A stretch of DNA of 64,000 nucleotides from Desulfatiglandales bacterium (GTDB taxonomy: Bacteria > Desulfobacterota > DSM-4660 > Desulfatiglandales > HGW-15), in NCBI GenBank assembly GCA_963667015.2, contig CAXXJJ010000003.1:1-64000 (forward strand). Direction: 5' to 3'. Position 1 is the stretch's first letter. Every line of letters begins with the position of its first letter. A model generated the notes under the pieces. That model was not told the DNA's origin and did no database searches. It saw only the letters and a program-made list of their open reading frames with translations. Position numbers and translations under genes: made by a program. This document shows positions 49,711 to 59,020 of this stretch, piece by piece.

Positions 49711-50784
49711 CTAGAATTTGCCAAGGGCTGCAACCAGTTTATTTGAATTTTTATGGGTCGACATCTGGACTAATAATTTAGCTGCAATTTCATTGGCCTT
49801 TTTTTCTTCTTCCTGTGTTAAACCGCCGTTGTCTGATTCATTAACAATTTCTTCCGCTTCCTTGTGACCATTTGCCTTTGCTACAAGAAGCCAAACATAG
49901 CCCATCTGTTTGTTGATACTGGTACCCGAACCCAGGTAATAGAGTACTGCAAGATCAAACTGCGCTTCAGTCAGGTTATGCTCAGCAGCCTTTTTCATCC
50001 ATTCAAACCCTTTTACCGTATCCCGGTCAACGCCGAGTCCGCTTATATACTTCCGGGCAGTACTGTATTCTCCCCACACATCCCCGTGTTCAGCACTTTC
50101 TTTAAAAAGGTCAAATGCCTTATAATCATCCTGCATAACTACTTTGCCGTCACTGTACAGTTCAGCAAGGAATCTTTGTGCCAGGGCATTTTTGCATTTT
50201 GATAATTCTTCAAGGCTTTTCAGCATTTTTTCGGTCATTGCAGAATCTGTGCTGTTATCAAGAAATTGTTTTTTTAACAGGGCGCAGATATCATAACTGA
50301 GGTTGTCTCCTCTGTTGCCGGAAATAAGATAATAGTGAAAGGCCCTGGTTTTATCATAGGGGAAGTCTCCAGGTATTACCACTCCGGCATATACTACCTC
50401 TGTGCTTATCTCTTTAAAAATATTAGCTCCCTTAAGGTATATTGTACCTAAAAGAAAAGAGGCTTCCAAGTGGCCCTTGCCTGCTGCTTTCTCAAGCAGT
50501 GCTATGCACTTTGAAAAATCTCTTTTTACATCCTGCCCTCGCCCAAACAGTAATCCTACCTTGAACTGGTCGTCAGCATTGCTATTCATTGCAGAATAAA
50601 ATAATTCTTCTTCGCTGAGGTTTAATAATTTAACTTCCGGACTATATGTCCCGGTTAATAAATTTTCAGTTTCATTTTTTAATTTAAATGGCGTTGAATT
50701 GTTTGTCGCATAAGCGATGGTCCCGTTACAACATATCAACATAATCCCCACAAATAGCAGTGCAGCTCGAGAGCAACATTTCAT
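49711..50784 (-). CDS. Exported Sel1-repeat protein
   Basis: Signal peptide; repeated AQ..LA.LY..G.G...D...A..W..KAA units. Confidence 0.88.
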   Translation of the reverse strand: MKCCSRAALLFVGIMLICCNGTIAYATNNSTPFKLKNETENLLTGTYSPEVKLLNLSEEELFYSAMNSNADDQFKVGLLFGRGQDVKRDFSKCIALLEKAAGKGHLEASFLLGTIYLKGANIFKEISTEVVYAGVVIPGDFPYDKTRAFHYYLISGNRGDNLSYDICALLKKQFLDNSTDSAMTEKMLKSLEELSKCKNALAQRFLAELYSDGKVVMQDDYKAFDLFKESAEHGDVWGEYSTARKYISGLGVDRDTVKGFEWMKKAAEHNLTEAQFDLAVLYYLGSGTSINKQMGYVWLLVAKANGHKEAEEIVNESDNGGLTQEEEKKANEIAAKLLVQMSTHKNSNKLVAALGKF

Positions 50785-51147
50785 TCTTTTAAGTCCCCCT
50801 TTACAACATCCTAATCTCTGATTTTATTTATAGCCTTGAAATGCAAAAATTAAACCCAAAATTAAAAAATTAAAAATGGTAGTAAAAACAGCATTATAAA
50901 GTGTTGAGGGAATGATGTGTGAAAAAATATGCTAAATATGTGTGTAAAGCAATGTCTTGATTAGGAATAAATTTACACATCATTTGGTTCGGATATTTTA
51001 GTGTTTCAGGAATTAATTAGTTTTATTGTATCACTTGCTTCAGTTCCCGTTTATATCCTGCCTGTATAATTTAATTATCTTGACCTGTAATATGATTTTC
51101 TCTATGGTTTTCAGCAGGTTCGTTGATTTTAAAAACAGGAGATTTTC

Positions 51148-52662
51148 ATGGCTGATATTTTTAAGAAAAAATATTCCCGCAGGAAGTTTATTAGAAATAC
51201 TGCATTAACTACCGCAGGTTTATCTCTCGGTCCTTTTATACACCTTGGCAGGGCTAAGGCCGGCGTGCTTATGAAACGTCACATGGGTAGACTTGGTTTT
51301 GAGGCAACAACACTGGGTCTTGGAGGGCAGGCGTCACTTCAGTGGACACCTGCTGATGTTGATCCGGTCAAAATTATACTTAAGGCATTTGACTCAGAAA
51401 TAAATTATTACGATACATCCAACTTCTATGATGACAGTCAGCTCAATTATGGTAAGGCATTCCGCAAACTTGATCTTATTCCCGGACAGCCCGGGTATAA
51501 TGAAAAACTCCGTCGGTCCATTTTTTTAACAAGCAAAACCTGCCTGCGTTTTGGCAAAGGTGGCTGGAAAAACAATGTGATGTACAACCTCACTAACGGC
51601 TCCGGAACACATGCGGCAGATGATCTTAAGAGGACTATGTCACAGATTTTTGGTGATGGGAAAGGAGCCTATCCAAAGGGGGCCTATCTTGACCAGGTTT
51701 TGATGCATGCTGTTACCAGCGTTGAAGATATGGATGCGCTTTATGAAGGATATGAAAAGACTGATTCAAAGGCAGAGACAATAGGTACACTTGCAACATT
51801 GATAGATTTTCGTGACGGCACTAACCTGACCGGTCTTAATCCTCAGGAAGAAAAGCTCATCCGCCACATTGGATTTTCCGGACATGCTTCTCCGGCTGTT
51901 ATGATGGAGATGATTCATCGCGATACCAGGGATGTTCTTGATGGTATGCTTGTTGCCATTAATGCAAATGACCGCAACTATTTCAATATGCAGTATAACA
52001 ATATCCTTGTGGCACAGGCAAAGAATATGGGGCTGATTGCCATGAAGGTATTTGCGGATGGTGCAATGTATGAAAAACCTGCTGTAATGACCCAGGGACC
52101 GCATATGGTAATCCGCAAGGTTGGCAGTAAAAATCTTCCCAGCAGAAAGCTGGTAGAGTATTCCCTGACGACACCGGGCATTCATACAGCCATTATTGGA
52201 ACAGGACATATTGATAATGATCCTAAAACCTGTCAACTTACACAGAACCTTCTTGCTGCACAGGTAAAGCCAAATGACTTAACAGTGTCGGATCGTCGAG
52301 AGATAGAAAAGCTTGCTCTTGCTGCCAAGGAAGGAAAGACAAACGGCTTTTTCCAGGTTGAAAAACAGGAACTTGGAGCAGTTAGAGATTATGCTGTTTC
52401 ACAGGAAAAGCAGGACAGGAAGAGGGTTGCCAGACTTGAATGGCAGACTGCCTATGCAGGTGATGAACCGATTGTTCATTATGAGATATGGCGTGATAAT
52501 ACAAAGGTTGGGCAGGTTGCCTATAAGCCCCAGATAACCAGGGCTCCTTTTATATATAAAGAAACTCTGGCTGACAGCAACGCCCATAAATACAGGATTA
52601 TGACTGTAGATGCTGCAGGGCGCAAGGCTAAGACAGAAGAAATGATGCTTGCAGGAATTTAA
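51148..52662 (+). CDS. Tat-exported aldo/keto reductase-like protein with C-terminal FN3-like domain
   Basis: SRRKFI Tat motif; LGLGG, NYYDTSNFY, FLTSK, IRHIGFSGH, LIAMKV; LEW...YEIWRD...Y.IMTVDAAG. Confidence 0.82.
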   Translation: MADIFKKKYSRRKFIRNTALTTAGLSLGPFIHLGRAKAGVLMKRHMGRLGFEATTLGLGGQASLQWTPADVDPVKIILKAFDSEINYYDTSNFYDDSQLNYGKAFRKLDLIPGQPGYNEKLRRSIFLTSKTCLRFGKGGWKNNVMYNLTNGSGTHAADDLKRTMSQIFGDGKGAYPKGAYLDQVLMHAVTSVEDMDALYEGYEKTDSKAETIGTLATLIDFRDGTNLTGLNPQEEKLIRHIGFSGHASPAVMMEMIHRDTRDVLDGMLVAINANDRNYFNMQYNNILVAQAKNMGLIAMKVFADGAMYEKPAVMTQGPHMVIRKVGSKNLPSRKLVEYSLTTPGIHTAIIGTGHIDNDPKTCQLTQNLLAAQVKPNDLTVSDRREIEKLALAAKEGKTNGFFQVEKQELGAVRDYAVSQEKQDRKRVARLEWQTAYAGDEPIVHYEIWRDNTKVGQVAYKPQITRAPFIYKETLADSNAHKYRIMTVDAAGRKAKTEEMMLAGI

Positions 52663-52670
52663 CTCCTGTT

Positions 52671-55600
52671 TTATTTTTCCTGAATCGATGGTGACCAGCG
52701 TATTGCATCAGCCAATACCAGGTCTCCGTCGGTTTTATCCGACAGGGTCACCGATACCTCTCCCTTCGGAAGATCCATAATTGCCACCTGATTCCAGCCC
52801 TCCAGGGCAGCGTCCGAATTAAATTCTATATCAAATTGGTCACCATTACTGTCCCTGACAACCAGATTCCAGGTTCCAAAATTATATCGGGGAAAGGATT
52901 TCTGTTTGTCCGGTATGTGGTACCACAGGTCCCATGATCCGGTCCTGTTAATTGAAGCCGTAAAAGTTGCAGTCTTCTCACCTTCTCCAGCTTTAACTAC
53001 CGCAGTTGTGTGACGGTACTTCCCCCAGCTTCCCGGCAGATCAAGGTATGTCCAATCCGGTGTCGCAGTGAAAAAAGACGATGTTGATAGACCCTTCTCA
53101 TTTAAGCTAAGTGCTGCAGAGGGTCTCCCCTTTTTTACATCTCTCTTTTTATCGCCTTCCATTATCTCAAAACCTTTATCCAGGTTATCAACAATAATAA
53201 ATGGGCTTTCGGGCGGAGTCCAGGGAATGTCTTCCAACCCCTCGATAGGCTCCATGTTTATTATTTTATCATGATCAATATTTTGAAGAGGGACCGTAAA
53301 ATTCCCCCGGTTAAGGGAAATGTATGGCTCAATCAGGATATCTTCAGGCGGCTGGAATAGGGTCATGCCAGAACGAACTGCATGGTTTCCACCTATAGAG
53401 ATAGGATCACTTTTACTCCATTCCTGCTTTTCACCGGTTCCTACACGATACTGAAAACGAAAAACGCCGGGAACCGGTTCGTCATTGCGGACTGAAATCA
53501 GCAGCTGGTAACGGGGCATGCCATTCTCTGAATCAGGCAGACGATAGGCCTCGGCGTTTGAAACAATTAAACCGGGCAAAGATGTGCTTCCAAGCCAGTC
53601 ACCAAAAAGCTTTTCAAAATCTATGCCCATGGCTTTACCTTTATTTTTGAAATCATCGAATGAGAAGGTACGCCCTTTGTATGCTTCTCGAATGGAAGAA
53701 AGGAATTGCGCTGTTTTTTCCCGTCCAAGGATATCCATAATGCATCGTGCCATGGCGCCGGCCTTTAGGGCCAGGACGTTAATTTTGAGGGCCGGATCAT
53801 CCCATGGGTCCATATCCCTGAGTGAGATTTTAAGTACCTGATTCCAGACTTCCTGCCCGGAGGTTGATAAGGCAATGGCAGTATCTGTCATCGATTTTTT
53901 TGATGTTTCATTATTCTGAGAGAAAACAAGTGCACCAAAAATCACTCCCATAGGATCTTCATCGGTAAAACTATGTGCAGAAAAGTAACTGTTTGTATCA
54001 GTAACAAGGAGTGTTGAGAGAATTTCCATGACATAATTGAGAGCAATTGCTTCCAGACCCCGGGCACTGGTCTGATAAAGAAAAAAATTTCTGGCTGCCC
54101 CTGATAAAATATTTCCACCGGATATGTCATTAAGGAAGAATGTCCTGATACTCGCAAATTTGGCATGGGTCAGGCCTCCTTCCTGATCCCTGAAAACTTC
54201 AGGATCACGAAAGGGCCAGTCAAAGCGGGCTGTTGGAAAAGATATCTCACGCATCAGCAGTAGACCCGGAGGAGCCATAACTGTATCCATTCGCCATCCT
54301 CCGCCGAAACTGCGAAGAGAATTGGGTACCTCCACCAGAGTAAGACCATCATAAGGGTAACCAAGACCATATGCCTTGGCTTCTCTTATATGATCACCGA
54401 TCCATTCTCGGATTTTTTCAACAGTATCACTCATTAGTTGGATATTATTCATATGTCCGGGATATGCCAGAATCTCCATCTTTACCCCTTCTACCTCAAA
54501 GGATCGGCTTTCAAATCTTGAGGCAATAACTGCTGCTTCAGGCACAGGGGCTTCAGGTGAAAAACGAAATTTTACCCGGTCAGCGTCCTCACCTTTTTCT
54601 TCCATTCTGCGACCCGGGCCTGCCACAAGCCAACCGGAGGGGACATCTACAGTGAGATCCAGATTGAAGTAATCTACAGTGCCATGCCTAGGATCAGTAC
54701 GATCCTTTTCAGTGCCTGAGACAGGCAGCCAGCGTGTGCCAGGCATAAGTGCTACAAATCGCGAATCAAATATGTATCGATCAAGCCCGAGCATGGAGAG
54801 ATTCTTTTGGCCGCCCTTCAGGTTCCCGGTATTTACAGCACTTTCCAGATATCCGAATTTGTGATCAGGAAGCCCTTCGATGGAAAGCTGAATTACTGTT
54901 TCTTCTCCAGGATCAAGTGGGCTGGGCAAAATGACTTCAAGTAATCCGTTTTTGTGGGTAAAGTTCAGGGGTTTATTAAAAGCATCCAGGGCTTCCTTTA
55001 CCTCCTGCCCCGGATTAAGAGTAAAGATTGCGTTTTTCATAGATTCTTGAGCCGGGGCACTAAATAACAGCTCAAGATCAAGATTCAACGCCTTTCCCGG
55101 TTCAATTCTAACCCTGCCTGATATGGATTGAATGTCAGGCACAGGAGCATCGGCTTGAACAGCATGGGCTTCCTTCCATACTTCAGTCAATTTTAATGAA
55201 TTTATGTTTTTAAAAAATCCAAACCCGGTCATGAACAGTGCCAGGATTATTATTCCAGCTCCGCCTGCTGCGAGTCTTTTAGAGGAACCTCCGTCAAGGC
55301 GGGGATGGGCAGCCGCGCTTAATGCAATCATGCCAAAAGCCGTAAACAGTACTCCTATTCGCTGCAGGAATCCTTCCAGACTGGCTATAGAAGGGATAAT
55401 CTCAGATGAAGAGCTTATTATCGTTGAGCCGGTAATGTCAAACAAAGGAGAATAGATTGAAGGAAGATTAATTATGGCCCAGAAATTTCCACCTAAAATA
55501 AGGAGCAGCAGTACTGCAGTCATAAGCCTATTGCGAACAAGCAGAGTTATAAGAAAGACCACCGATAAAATAAATGCCAGAGCAGGAATGGCCATAAGGA

Positions 55601-56072
55601 ATACAAAGGAGAAAAGTGAATAAATCTCCATGGTATCGCCAAAAGGGAGAGGTAAAAGCAGGCCCAGGAATTCCAGAAGAAAAGACAGTGCCGCAATGGG
55701 AATCCATGAGGATATTAAGAGACCAAGAAACCGACCGGATACTAACTCCAGATTGGTATAGGGCCTTGAATCAAGGACTTCGTTTATCTGTTCTCTCCGG
55801 TCTCGGTCCCGTACATCGAATCCCAGAAAGACCGCTCCTCCAACATAAATAAGAAGGTAATACAATCCGATAGTACTGATGATATAGCGGGGACTTAACA
55901 GCGCCTCAGTTGCAGAATATGATGAATAAACACCATGCATGACTGAGTAAATAAGAAAAATAATGATGGCAATCAGGTAGGAAATAGAAACAAAACACCA
56001 GTAGCGTACCAGTCGTCGGGTTAGCCTTGTTTCGGCGCGGGCAAAGGAAATTACATTATTGATATTTATCAT
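52671..56072 (-). CDS. ABC-2-type permease fused to an M1-peptidase-like region and C-terminal beta-sandwich
   Basis: About seven N-terminal TMs with RDR...EVLDSRPYTN; FTLNPG, YPYDGLTLVEVP; GWN...VTLSD...VLADAIRW tail. Confidence 0.72.
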   Translation of the reverse strand: MININNVISFARAETRLTRRLVRYWCFVSISYLIAIIIFLIYSVMHGVYSSYSATEALLSPRYIISTIGLYYLLIYVGGAVFLGFDVRDRDRREQINEVLDSRPYTNLELVSGRFLGLLISSWIPIAALSFLLEFLGLLLPLPFGDTMEIYSLFSFVFLMAIPALAFILSVVFLITLLVRNRLMTAVLLLLILGGNFWAIINLPSIYSPLFDITGSTIISSSSEIIPSIASLEGFLQRIGVLFTAFGMIALSAAAHPRLDGGSSKRLAAGGAGIIILALFMTGFGFFKNINSLKLTEVWKEAHAVQADAPVPDIQSISGRVRIEPGKALNLDLELLFSAPAQESMKNAIFTLNPGQEVKEALDAFNKPLNFTHKNGLLEVILPSPLDPGEETVIQLSIEGLPDHKFGYLESAVNTGNLKGGQKNLSMLGLDRYIFDSRFVALMPGTRWLPVSGTEKDRTDPRHGTVDYFNLDLTVDVPSGWLVAGPGRRMEEKGEDADRVKFRFSPEAPVPEAAVIASRFESRSFEVEGVKMEILAYPGHMNNIQLMSDTVEKIREWIGDHIREAKAYGLGYPYDGLTLVEVPNSLRSFGGGWRMDTVMAPPGLLLMREISFPTARFDWPFRDPEVFRDQEGGLTHAKFASIRTFFLNDISGGNILSGAARNFFLYQTSARGLEAIALNYVMEILSTLLVTDTNSYFSAHSFTDEDPMGVIFGALVFSQNNETSKKSMTDTAIALSTSGQEVWNQVLKISLRDMDPWDDPALKINVLALKAGAMARCIMDILGREKTAQFLSSIREAYKGRTFSFDDFKNKGKAMGIDFEKLFGDWLGSTSLPGLIVSNAEAYRLPDSENGMPRYQLLISVRNDEPVPGVFRFQYRVGTGEKQEWSKSDPISIGGNHAVRSGMTLFQPPEDILIEPYISLNRGNFTVPLQNIDHDKIINMEPIEGLEDIPWTPPESPFIIVDNLDKGFEIMEGDKKRDVKKGRPSAALSLNEKGLSTSSFFTATPDWTYLDLPGSWGKYRHTTAVVKAGEGEKTATFTASINRTGSWDLWYHIPDKQKSFPRYNFGTWNLVVRDSNGDQFDIEFNSDAALEGWNQVAIMDLPKGEVSVTLSDKTDGDLVLADAIRWSPSIQEK

Positions 56073-56086
56073 GATATTCTTAAATA

Positions 56087-56722
56087 TTAATCACACCGGC
56101 ATGGATAATTATCTTCATATGCTTTATTACGCTCTTCACTGCAATATACCTTTAAACCTTTATTTTCCCCATTCATATACCCATAAACCGCTTTACTAAA
56201 AGAGTCGTGAATAATATCCGCCATGTCCTGTTCCAATTGCCCCTGCATTATAGGCATGGGATCCGTTTTAAGATCCCCCTTTAATTCAAAAGAGGAATAT
56301 GTTATGGCGCCCTCCTGGTATTGTATACAACGATCTTTACCTTCCCCGTTGAGTTTTATTTTAAAATCAAATTCGGATTCAAGGTTTACATCCTGATCGT
56401 AAACGGGATATGCGGATGACAGTGATACCTGATAACACATTTTTATTAATAATCTTGCGTTAATATTAGCGACTGCCTTTCCTGTTACAAAATCCCCTTC
56501 GACATGCCATTCCTTTACCGATATGGCGTCGGACATATTTAAAATATTGTAATAATAACAAAACTGGAACAGGTAATCACACCCGACATAACAGGGCTTT
56601 TTAGTGACAGGAATAAATTGGGGTTTTGTTCCCGGAGAATTAGCAGTGTCTGATGCATTAACATTAAGAGGGGGAAGGCTTAACAACATAAAAAGAATAA
56701 TTAATCTCAATAATCTGGACAT
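56087..56722 (-). CDS. Secreted Cys-containing hypothetical protein
   Basis: AAGGAG RBS, signal peptide ending VNA. Confidence 0.7.
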   Translation of the reverse strand: MSRLLRLIILFMLLSLPPLNVNASDTANSPGTKPQFIPVTKKPCYVGCDYLFQFCYYYNILNMSDAISVKEWHVEGDFVTGKAVANINARLLIKMCYQVSLSSAYPVYDQDVNLESEFDFKIKLNGEGKDRCIQYQEGAITYSSFELKGDLKTDPMPIMQGQLEQDMADIIHDSFSKAVYGYMNGENKGLKVYCSEERNKAYEDNYPCRCD

Positions 56723-56814
56723 GGCCTGTACTCCTTAAATTTAAATGGTCATTTAACTGCATGTTTGTTAATAGTAGCAGAAAAGGATCGAAAATGAAAT
56801 TAATCGGAGAAAAT

Positions 56815-57143
56815 ATGCTCAAGACAAATGAAAACAAACTTGTAGAATTCTTACTGCAATGCCAGCCAGGCCCTCCTGGAGTGTTGATCATCAGGGGAAG
56901 CCTTTCATACTGCCTTCCATGGCGGTACTAATGGATCATGATAACCGTTATGGAAGGGCATACCGGAAGGGAGCTGTTACAATAGGTATTATAGTACACA
57001 GCGACTGTTTAATAGCTGGCCATGGCCCTGGAGTAACCACTTTAATGACATGTGAAACTTCACAGATAGAGCCGGTCCTCGATAAAAGTGCGAACATAGC
57101 GGAGCTTTTAAAAATTGGTACAGCTGCAAAAGTCGGAAGATGA
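56815..57143 (+). pseudogene. DUF4438-like gene remnant with internal deletions
   Basis: [21 protein letters not shown], frameshift, then [12 protein letters not shown] joined directly to [29 protein letters not shown]. Confidence 0.65.
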
Positions 57144-57184
57144 AAAGGTAATAAAGTCTTAGAATCTACCTGTTATCTCTTTAG

Positions 57185-57225
57185 TAGCACCATAATGACA
57201 GTTTTATACTGTTATTATGGTGCTA
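57185..57225. terminator. Hairpin, probable terminator
   Basis: TAGCACCATAATGACAGT-TTTAT-ACTGTTATTATGGTGCTA. Confidence 0.55.
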
Positions 57226-57301
57226 ATTTTATGATATTTACAAGGTAAGATTTTTTTTGTAGATTTTTGGGGTATTTCAATAAGAGGGTATTTCGAATAA
57301 T

Positions 57302-57398
57302 TTTATGTACACAGATCGTAGACCGCGTGTTTGTATTATTAATACAACATCAACCCCTCCCGATTTGTTGATAGCGGTTTGCGATCTGTGTACATAAA
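57302..57398. repeat. Long inverted repeat / possible structured RNA
   Basis: 17-bp perfect arms TTTATGTACACAGATCG / CGATCTGTGTACATAAA, extending to 25 bp with two G-U pairs. Confidence 0.75.
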
Positions 57399-57631
57399 CA
57401 GTAATAGCACAATTTATCCGCTCACACCATAAATATAAATTACCTTAAAATTAAATCTCGAATCTACTGCATTTAAAAAAATAGATATTATCAACTATTT
57501 AATTTTGTTGACAGTTTATGATGGCAATGAATAATGGATACATTATTCATTGCCATTTTTGAAGATGTACAAAAACAGATTTGGCTAAGTGGTGCCTTCT
57601 TAAAAATAATTTTAATAAGGAGAAAATTCCC

Positions 57632-58801
57632 ATGAAAATCACCAGGGTAGAGTGTATTCCATTGTCGATCGAGTTTGTTAAACCGATCATTATGTCCGGT
57701 GGACCTGTTAAATGGGCTCATAGCGTCCTGCTCAAGCTTTATACAGATGAGGGAATTACAGGCATTGCGGAATGTGGTGATACCTCAACATGGTATATGG
57801 GTGAAAGCCAGGAATCGATTCTTCATAATGTCGGAAATATTTACGGACCGAAGGTGCTGCTGGGTGAAGACCCATTTAAAATCGAGACCATAATTGCCCA
57901 AATGGATAAAATAGTTTACCGCAATTACCACTCTAAAGCCCTGGTAGATTATGCCCTGCATGACCTGGTAGCCAGGGCGATGGGAGTGCCGCTTTACCAG
58001 TATCTTGGCGGCTGTGCCAATGAAAAGATAGAACTGGCATATGTCATGTCCTCCGGAACGCCCCGGGAGGTGGCCGATAATGCGCGAAAACTGGTCAGCG
58101 TGGGCTACAAGGGACTCAAATTGAAGGTGGGGCATAATATTATAGAGGAAGATGTTGAGATGGTTGCTGAAGTGCGCCGGGCAGTTGGCAGCAGAGTGAA
58201 TATTATGACTGACACCAATGGCGGCTGGGATTACATGCGCGCCCTGCGGTTCCTTAAACAGGTTGAAAAATATGATCTCTACCTGGCAGAGCAGCCAATT
58301 CCACGCTGGGATATAGACGGGCTGGCGCGATTGCGTCGCAAGACTTCTGTGCCAATCTTTGCTGATGAAGCTGCTGCCGAACTGAACGATCTTATTAAGC
58401 TGGCCCAGCGCGATGCCATTGACGGATTTTTCCTCAAGGTGCCCAAGGCCGGGGGTATCCACAAATCCAAAAAATTTGTAGCTGTAGCCGAAGCAATGGG
58501 GCTCAATGTCATGACAGGCTGCATGATCAACTCAGGTCTGGGTGCGGCAGTGGAAGCCCATTTTCTGTGTTCCACAGAATGGCTGGGAAAGATCCAACAG
58601 GAATCCATAGGCCCCCTCAATATGCACGACCTTTTGGAAACAGATGGCGGCCCGATTCCCAATGACCTGGGATTAAGTTCTCCCCGCTATGAAAAGGGAT
58701 ATCTGTACCCGCCGGAGGGTAATGGCCTGGGAGTTGAATTAAACCAGGCTGCTGTTGAAAAATTCGCTTCACCGGGTAAATCCCCTATTATAATTGGCTG
58801 A
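57632..58801 (+). CDS. Enolase-superfamily enzyme (muconate lactonizing enzyme / dipeptide epimerase subgroup)
   Basis: KLKVG, DTNGGW, EQP, ADE, LKVPKAGG, GNGLGVE; AAGGAG RBS. Confidence 0.9.
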   Translation: MKITRVECIPLSIEFVKPIIMSGGPVKWAHSVLLKLYTDEGITGIAECGDTSTWYMGESQESILHNVGNIYGPKVLLGEDPFKIETIIAQMDKIVYRNYHSKALVDYALHDLVARAMGVPLYQYLGGCANEKIELAYVMSSGTPREVADNARKLVSVGYKGLKLKVGHNIIEEDVEMVAEVRRAVGSRVNIMTDTNGGWDYMRALRFLKQVEKYDLYLAEQPIPRWDIDGLARLRRKTSVPIFADEAAAELNDLIKLAQRDAIDGFFLKVPKAGGIHKSKKFVAVAEAMGLNVMTGCMINSGLGAAVEAHFLCSTEWLGKIQQESIGPLNMHDLLETDGGPIPNDLGLSSPRYEKGYLYPPEGNGLGVELNQAAVEKFASPGKSPIIIG

Positions 58802-59020
58802 TTCGTGAGGCAGTAAGGATTCTGGAGGCCCGCAATTTTTTTGAGACTATTCCTCAGAAAGGGGCTTATGTCAAACAGGTCACGACCGAAGAGGTCGAAG
58901 AACTCTATGTTGTGCTCAAGGCTTTGCTATCAGCAGCAGTTAAAATAACTGCTGCTCGCCTTCCAGGAGAGAATCGTGAGAAACTGCTCACGATTGTAGA
59001 AGAAATTTATCAACTTTATA
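58801..59020 (+). pseudogene. GntR-family regulator fragment
   Basis: IREAVRILEA, frameshift, then ETIPQKGAYVKQVTTEEVEELYVV; no start. Confidence 0.6.
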
